From Paraspadella gotoi (lineage: Eukaryota; Animalia; Chaetognatha), in assembly GCA_051294375.1 (NCBI GenBank), contig CM119268.1, forward strand, positions 2,451,917 through 2,476,934: DNA of 25,018 nt, read 5' to 3'. Positions 1-6,292 of this stretch are shown one piece after another. The translations under genes were made by a program, and so were the position numbers. Numbering within the stretch: position 1 is the stretch's first letter; each line of letters opens with the position of its first letter. The notes under the pieces are model-generated. The model ran no database searches. It saw nothing but the letters and a program-made list of their open reading frames with translations, and was not told the origin of the DNA.

Positions 1-838
1 GATATCGAGTATAGACGCCGACTTGATATTCGCCGGATGTCTCGGCGCCGCCGCCGCTGACGCCGCCCTTCACGCCGCCAACCCTGCCGGCGCTTAGCCG
101 AGCGAACCGATCCCCGGTGTAGGCCATGGAAAAGTCGGTCACGGCCGCCAAGCGGCCCGTCAAGGTGCGTCGGCCGAAGTAGGCGCCGCTGCCGCCGCTG
201 CTGACGCCGCCGTAGTAGCCGGCAACCCGAGGGACGAGAGAGACGACGAGAGATCCGTCGATCGAACCTTCGTCGCCGTCGCCGCCGCCGCCCCCGCTGA
301 ACTTCATCGGCGCGGATTTGGACGCCGTCTGAGTCGGCGCCGAACCCTCGTGAATTCCGGCGTCGAGGCGTTGACCGTCGAGGACTTCGTCGAGAAGGGT
401 CGCCTCCGCAAAGTCCGCGGACAAACCGTTGGAGGTTGGTTCCTTTGTCGTTGTTGTCGTCGTCGTTGTTGTCGGAATGATGATCGTCGATGGAGGCGGC
501 GGAGGCGGGGAAACTTCGTCGTTGTTGTTGTAGCCTCTTCCCATCTTCGTGTCCATGACAACGAACGCCCTCTCTTCTTCGTCGTCGACGAGCGAAGGAT
601 CGACGCAGACGCGATTTCGGAAGACCTTACCTCGAGGGCAGGACATGAGGAAGGACTGACCCCGCTCGCACATGTAGAACTTACTCACGTCGTCGGGAAA
701 AGCGAAGTTGCCCGAGGGTAAGGGGCAGATGAAGGAGGAGGAAGAGGAGGAGGAGAGGGAGGCAGAGGTAAGGGATGGGTGGGTCCAGGGGATCGTCGAC
801 CAGAGGGTGAGGAGAAGGGGGATGAGGAGAGAGGTCAT
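1..838 (-). CDS. Secreted chitin-binding type-2 (CBM14/peritrophin-A-like) mucin-like protein, 3'-partial (runs off the window)
   Basis: Manual translation gives 279 codons with no stop, from ATG 838 (context ccaccATG) to the window edge. The N-terminus MTSLLIPLLLTLWSTIPWTHPSLTSA is hydrophobic and signal-peptide-like. It is followed by FICPLPSGNFAFPDDVSKFYMCERGQSFLMSCPRGKVFRNRVCVDP (733-596), matching the CBM14 pattern C..G.F.P..C..FY.C...(M).CP.G..F....C, then PPPPPP/TTTTTTTTT and a Gly-rich segment (GYYGGVSSGGSGAYFG). GC-rich against AT-rich flanks. Absent from the ORF track because no stop lies in the window. Confidence 0.85.
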   Translation of the reverse strand, partial: MTSLLIPLLLTLWSTIPWTHPSLTSASLSSSSSSSFICPLPSGNFAFPDDVSKFYMCERGQSFLMSCPRGKVFRNRVCVDPSLVDDEEERAFVVMDTKMGRGYNNNDEVSPPPPPPSTIIIPTTTTTTTTTKEPTSNGLSADFAEATLLDEVLDGQRLDAGIHEGSAPTQTASKSAPMKFSGGGGGDGDEGSIDGSLVVSLVPRVAGYYGGVSSGGSGAYFGRRTLTGRLAAVTDFSMAYTGDRFARLSAGRVGGVKGGVSGGGAETSGEYQVGVYTRY

Positions 839-1639
839 GGTGGGAGGGTAGGAGGAGGAAGAGGAAGAGGAAGGATTTTTTTTTTACCTTCGAAGGCTTA
901 AAAATGTTTTTATGTCTACATTTTAAATGATAAAATTGTTTGATGTCCTTTTATTTTTTTGTTTGTTTTTATTAAAATTTAGCTTATTTGTGATTTTTTT
1001 TTTAAAAAAAGAGAGAAGAGCCAAAATATTGTTTCGTTTACCAGAGTTCAAAACGAATAAATCGGGTTTAATATAATTTTGATTTAACAAAACTTTTTTT
1101 TTCATAAATTTGTTTTATTCTTTTATATTCCTTCTTTGTTCTGAATAAAGAGAGAGTTAAATGAGAGAGAGATGGAGACGAAGAGATTTCTCATGAGGGA
1201 GATCCGATGATCCACCAAGATATGTTACGTAGACAGGAGATATAGGATGAATCGAAAAAAAGGGTAGAGAGGAGGAGGTAGATGTAGTGAAGAGAAGAAG
1301 AGAAGGGAGAGTTGAGAGGAATTCATGATGCACGTGATCTGTCACCGAGCATCTACGCACGAAGATTCGATTACGAAATGAATCTGTTCGGAGGAGTGAT
1401 CTGTACTCTAATAGAAATAAGAGGCGAAGGGGAGGCGATCACGCGTCTGGAAAAGAGTCGAATGCGAGTTCGGGGGCCTCGGAAGAACGAATTTTTTTAT
1501 GGCTCGATCAGGGCCCGCGGTTGAGGGCAAACCTATCCAAAAATTGTATATGTAGTTAACTCTTTTCTGGTGTTGACTCTTAATTTTGTGCGGGGATTAG
1601 ATGCATAGAGTTGGGTGGGAGAGGGGAAGATCAGGACAG

Positions 1640-1653
1640 GGAGAGAGAGAGGG

Positions 1654-1718
<65 letters not shown>

Positions 1719-1740
1719 GATGGAGGGAGGGGAGAGAGAA
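1640..1740. repeat. Imperfect (GA)n microsatellite
   Basis: Visible GA dinucleotide run. Many similar GA/CT tracts occur across the window (e.g. 3770-3815, 3926-3948, 4517-4551, 5421-5468, 5660-5783, 9866-9938, 13267-13330, 17324-17354, 22618-22655). Confidence 0.95.
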
Positions 1741-2078
1741 ACTGTCTTGAGTCGAGCCAACTTCTGATTGCAAAATCATTTCAGAGGAAAAAAACGATAT
1801 TTTTGCGACGAGATATTTTTTTTATTAGAAAAATGAACAAAATGAAAAATATATTGCAAATATCAACGAATAAACAAAGATATGAAAATAGTTAATACCA
1901 AGCAGCGGTAAGCGTTATGAAATGTATTATGAGACTGCAAAAAAAAATATATATGGAAAATTAAAATATTACTAACAATACATAGCTAACCAATCGATGG
2001 ACTTAACCGAAGAGATGTACAAACGATATGTACAAAAACGAATATTAAATCTAAACAAGCAAAAGATCGAATAAACTT

Positions 2079-2135
2079 CATGTATGTTTGTATCTATGTA
2101 TGTATTTATGTATACATGTACGTATGTATGCATGT
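2079..2135. repeat. Degenerate (TATG)n tetranucleotide microsatellite
   Basis: catgtatgtttgtatctatgtatgtatttatgtatacatgtacgtatgtatgcatgt. Confidence 0.8.
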
Positions 2136-2797
2136 CGGGTTCGTGAATCACAAGGCAATCACTAATGACAAGAGCGACAGTTTAAAAGGAGAGAATAATC
2201 GAAGAATAAAATCAAAGAAAAAAAAATGATATCAAGAGAATGAGATTCTTTTCTGTATGAATAATGAGGGAAGGGAGATGGGATGGAAATACACAATTTC
2301 ATACAATTGAAACATTCTTTGAAACATTATACCACTTCATTGATAGGGAAGCGAGGTACTCTGGGAGTGAATAAACGAGACTGTGATAAAGTCTTGATTG
2401 AAAGCTTGCAGGGAATAGGAAAAAGGAAAAGGGAAAGGAAAGGAGGAGATGTGAAAGGAAGAAAAAGGGAAAAGAAAAGAGAAAGGAAAGGGAAGGAAAA
2501 AGGAAAGAGAAAGTGCTAAGATGCGGATGTGGAGAAGGTCATGTAGTCACTAGTCTATGATATGAGAGGACCTCTAGACTCGGTACCGAAAAGCAAAACA
2601 TTCAAGGACAATATCGGTTGCACCCTGTATGATGAAAAAGAAAAAGAAAAAAAAAGGGGGAAATATGTAAAAGTCAAAAAGTGTGGGTAGCGTGTTAATG
2701 GGAAACGGGGGGCAGTCACAGGAAGGGTGTGAAAGGGGGGCGACGCTTATCGGACGTCCGGGCGTCAATGTCTCTAAAAGGCGACTCTTGGCTGACG

Positions 2798-2851
2798 AGG
2801 TCATAAAAAGTCGCATGAGGTCAAAAAGGTCAAAAGAAGGCGGAGAGGTCA
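2798..2851 (+). promoter_or_regulatory. Cluster of four co-oriented AGGTCA nuclear-receptor half-sites including a perfect DR3
   Basis: AGGTCA at 2798, 2818, 2827 and 2846. Positions 2818-2832 read AGGTCA-AAA-AGGTCA. A fifth copy lies at 2536. Function is inferred only. Confidence 0.4.
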
Positions 2852-3228
2852 GAAAAGTGGATCCTTTCATCGAAATGTTATTCGTTTTTCCGAAAATGTT
2901 TTAAGTTGCCGCAAATGTCGTAAATCTTTGGCTGAGAATCATTGTGATTCGCTGTGATTCTTAATTCCCGATTTAACCCGGTGTGAATATTCACAGAACC
3001 AAATATCCTTTCCTTCCTGGATTATTGTCTAATTTTAATGTTAAAAAAAAAAGCATCATAAAGAAATCGCTTAATCAATCAATCAATAATCATGTATTAG
3101 TAATGATCTTTTCTCGTAATTCGGCCAAGATCGAGAATTTTACATTCCCGATACATTTGAAAAGAACTAAATCATAAAAGTATTCACAAAAATCAAAGGT
3201 TCGATTGAAAAAGTTAAATCAGCTTTTT

Positions 3229-3646
3229 CTAATTCTGACATTTAAAAGTTTGCTCGTTGACCTCACTCGAGGGAAATCGCAAAAAGGTAATGCTGATTCC
3301 GGGCACCATAGTTCTACCATCTACCATCGACTCTTTGCTGCGACCTTCACCGCTTAAGCTATTAAACTCTTTGCAATTTGCGAGATTTTTTTCCGTCTTA
3401 AATTTCATATTCACAATCTCGTCCCCTTTCTTTGCTTTGCTCATTGTTTCCCCAGCCGCAGCATCATTTTCTACCCCAGCAGCATCGTTCACTTCCCCAG
3501 CCGCAGCACCATTTCTTATGTAGAACCAGATTTGCTCGTAGTCTTCGTCCGAGTCGTTGAGGATCCCGTGGGGGACGTTGGAGGGAATGAAGACGCCTTC
3601 GCAAGAGTCGGCCGAGAGTTGGATGACTTGCCCGTCGAGAAGGAGA
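3229..3646 (-). CDS. Exon 2 of cupin-fold (DddK/DddW DMSP-lyase-like) protein: cupin motif 2, C-terminal extension and stop
   Basis: Acceptor tttgtttAG|T at 3648-3647. The phase matches exon 1 (AG+T = Ser). Encodes LLLDGQVIQLSADSCEGVFIPSNVPHGILNDSDEDYEQIWFY..., fitting cupin motif 2 G-x-x-x-P-x-x-x-x-H-x-x-x-N, and stays open to TAG at 3231-3229. Confidence 0.85.
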
Positions 3647-3956
3647 CTAAACAAAAATATGGATTCATTAATTAATTGAATAATTGATTAATTCGAGTTG
3701 AGTTAGTTATTGGTCGCGATCACACACGGGATTTTTATCAAATTATTTTTGTTGTGTGTGTGTGTCCCTCTCTCGCTCTCCCTCTCTATTCCCCTCTCTC
3801 TCTCTCTCTCTCTCTTTCGTTTATATCTTTAAATACTTTTCAACTTGGAAATATCATTTTGTAAATTGATGTATCTTTTAGGGGCACAATGTAGCCCAAA
3901 GCCCGTTTCCTTAATACAATTCAATTCTCTCTCTCTCTCTCTCTCTCTCCTCACAC
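3647..3956 (-). other. 310-nt phase-2 GT-AG intron of the cupin gene
   Basis: Donor TGCAG|GTGTGA, acceptor tttgtttAG|. AT-rich and contains two (GA)n tracts and a (CA)n tract. Removal joins cupin motifs 1 and 2 in frame at canonical spacing (TKGSC-S-LLLDG). Confidence 0.85.
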
Positions 3957-4216
3957 CTGCACGATCCTTTCGTCGGAAAGTAGACTTCGGCGGGTAAGTG
4001 TCGATGGTAAGTGAAGGTGTTTCCGGGCCTCACCCTCATTCTTCCGCACTGCGCCTCTTCGGCGGCGAAGTAATGCGTCCATTCGATGCAGTTGTCTTCG
4101 CTCAAACCCGGGGTGCGAAAATCCATCCATTCCGCGGGCAAAGGGGTCCGCTTCAGTTCCCATCTTCGGGAAGACGCCGTCTCGGTTGATGTAGTTTTTG
4201 TTGCTGCAGTTTTCAT
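3957..4216 (-). CDS. Exon 1 of cupin-fold (DddK/DddW DMSP-lyase-like) protein: Thr/Ala-rich leader and cupin motif 1
   Basis: ATG 4216, 260 nt. Encodes ...AEWMDFRTPGLSEDNCIEWTHYFAAEEAQCGRMRVRPGNTFTYHRHLPAEVYFPTKGSC with the metal-binding G-x5-HxH-x3-E-x6-G motif (HRHLPAEVY at 4006-3980). The true start may lie further upstream (see findings). Confidence 0.85.
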
Positions 4217-4389
4217 CGCTGCTGTAGTTGATGCTGTAGTTGATGCTGGAGTCGTAATTTGGATCGATAATGTAGTTTTCGCGGAAAAAAATATTAAACT
4301 TTGTTACTTTGTTCCTGAGAAATAGCCATATTGTGGCGAATCTCAAATGATTATCAAACTAATTAGTAATTAAACTAAATCGAAAGAAA

Positions 4390-4515
4390 TTTGATTGGTG
4401 AGAATAAGTTTCACTTGTCACAGGAAATGCATTCTTAATTTCACCGAAATTTACTCGAGGCCCATATCATACTCGTTATTTACCGCCTCATTCACGTGAC
4501 CTGAGATTGACCTGA
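4390..4515 (-). promoter_or_regulatory. Candidate proximal promoter of the cupin gene: perfect DR5 overlapping an E-box, plus a CCAAT box
   Basis: Minus strand reads AGGTCA-ATCTC-AGGTCA (4513-4497) continuing into CACGTG (4498-4493; GTCACGTGA). CCAAT on the minus strand at 4398-4394. Located ~180-300 bp upstream of ATG 4216. Confidence 0.4.
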
Positions 4516-4595
4516 CTCTCTCTCTCTCATCTCTCTCTCTCTCTCTCTCTCAAGTATGACGCCGTCCAATAAGGTGCAGTTTGAACTTGCTATAA

Positions 4596-4870
4596 GGGGA
4601 CAGTTTTCAACTGCGCCCTCTTTCTGTTCACAGAAAACTGTCTTTTTTTCCCCTCTGTTTTGGGGAATCCCTACCACTATTTTTTACGGGGATTACTGTT
4701 TGAAGCCTTCTGCCTTATCCACGGCGGGGAATCCCCCGCCACTATCATTTTGATGGGGAATTGACGTTTGAAGCCTATCCCCGCCGTGAAACATCATCAT
4801 GGGCAGTCCTTGTTAATAAAAATATTTCAACTGAAAACATAACAAACCTTAACAATCCTAATTTAAAAAT
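4596..4870. repeat. Copy of a dispersed repeat family with an internal ~65-bp tandem duplication (GGGGAATCCC...CCACTAT...TTTGAAGCCT)
   Basis: 4662-4725 and 4726-4785 are diverged direct copies. Related fragments lie at 5482-5517 (inverted), 5866-5893 and 16042-16057 (ttgaagccttatccac). Confidence 0.55.
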
Positions 4871-4919
4871 AAATAATTTATTTGCATTTTCGATTTCATT
4901 CCTCAACCTCTATTTTATT

Positions 4920-4999
4920 CTGCTCTCTCTCTCTCTCTCGTCTTTTCTCTCTCTCTCTCCTCTCCTCTTTCCTCTCTCTCTCTTTCATCTATATCTCTC

Positions 5000-5036
<37 letters not shown>

Positions 5037-5165
5037 TCTCTCTTTTAATCTGTATCTCTCTCTTTTTCTCCACTCTATTTCTTTTTTTTTCTATTTTGTC
5101 TACCTCTCTCTCTTTCTTTTTTTTCATATCTCTCTCTTCTCTCTCTCTCTCTCCTCTCTCTTTCT
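4920..5165. repeat. Long imperfect (CT)n / pyrimidine-rich tract
   Basis: Almost purely C/T for ~245 bp. Source of the spurious SL/ER-rich ORFs in the track. Confidence 0.9.
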
Positions 5166-6292
5166 CAGTGGTATTAGAAGCGTAGTGAAAGTTATATGCA
5201 AAAATTCTAAATTCACTTATGAACAACATACTATCAGTGAACATTAATTATTAAAAAAAAAAATTTACGTTCTTTCAATTTTCGCAGTAGGCTATATTTA
5301 TATATAGTACTATCCTTATAAACCAAAAAAATTAAAAAGAAAGCAAGAAAAATTCAAATCTGTGACCCTCATTGTTATCGCCATTGAGATACCTTGAAGC
5401 CCAAAAAAACAAAGAACGTTTGAGAGAGAGAGATAGAGAGAAGAGATAGAGAGAGAAGAGAGAGAGAGGGCCATTTTCTCGTCCCCCCGTCATGAAATTG
5501 GGGCGGGGATTTGCCGGGAAATGAAATCCCCGGCGAAGACCGGCGCCGCAGGGCGTAGTTGCGGGTGAACTTATAGTTTCTCTTCCCCCGAAACTGCGCG
5601 AAGTTTAACAGAGTTTAAAACTGCAAGGATATGGCCCGCGTAATTATCTCCATCCCGTTTCTCTCTCTCTCTCTCTGGCTCTCTCTCTCTCTCGATCTCT
5701 CTCTCTCTTCTCTCATCTCTCTCATTCTTCTCTTTACTCATCTCTCGCATCTCCTCATCTCCTGCTCTCATCTCTCTCTCTCTCGTCGAATTTTTGGTGA
5801 AAGCCGGCTTTTCTTCTTCTCTTCCTCTCCTGGAACCTATTGTTCTCAGTAAAGTTAGAGAAATAAGGGATTCCGTTCTTCACTATTTTATGGCCAAGGT
5901 CCTCAACGATTCTTTTACGAAATAGTTTCAGGGATTTACCCACTTATTGTTATTGATTCGCTCACTCATCGATTGATTTTGTCCATTCAAAATATACTCA
6001 TTGAAAATTAAAGTAATTTAATATATTTTGTTTGGTCTCTTTCTCTCTCTCTCTTAGTTATTTCTTTGTTCCTTTTTTTGGAAAGCATACGTAAAAAAAA
6101 AAAAGAAGAAATTACAATTTTCGTTTCCTATAAAATTGTTTTCATTCTTTTTTCAACTCCTTCTCTTACTTTTCCCCACCCACTTTTCGTATCTTTATCT
6201 TTCCTATCATGTATNNNNNNNNNNNNNNNNNNNNNNNNNAAGCTTGTGAATTTAGTATTAAAAGATATTCTCGAGAGAGACGAAATTTATTG

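Noticed and set aside
625-690. Strong donor-like sites inside the CBM14 domain (GAC|GTGAGT near 688, GAG|GTAAGG near 630)
   Set aside because: The sequence after each continues the chitin-binding consensus in frame (SKFYMC; GKVF...C), so they are read as coding, not intron starts.
304-721. ORF-track entries 304-561(-) and 350-721(+)
   Set aside because: Alternative-frame and antisense shadows of the real minus-strand CDS starting at 838.
3949-3954. Alternative donor T|GTGAGG two bases downstream of the chosen one
   Set aside because: It gives phase 1, which is incompatible with the acceptor at 3647 that needs phase 2 to keep cupin motif 2 in frame.
3229-4216. Bacterial contamination as the source of the Ddd-like cupin
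   Set aside because: The domain is split by a spliceosomal-type intron containing host-like microsatellites and is contiguous, with no gap, with a eukaryotic secreted-protein gene.
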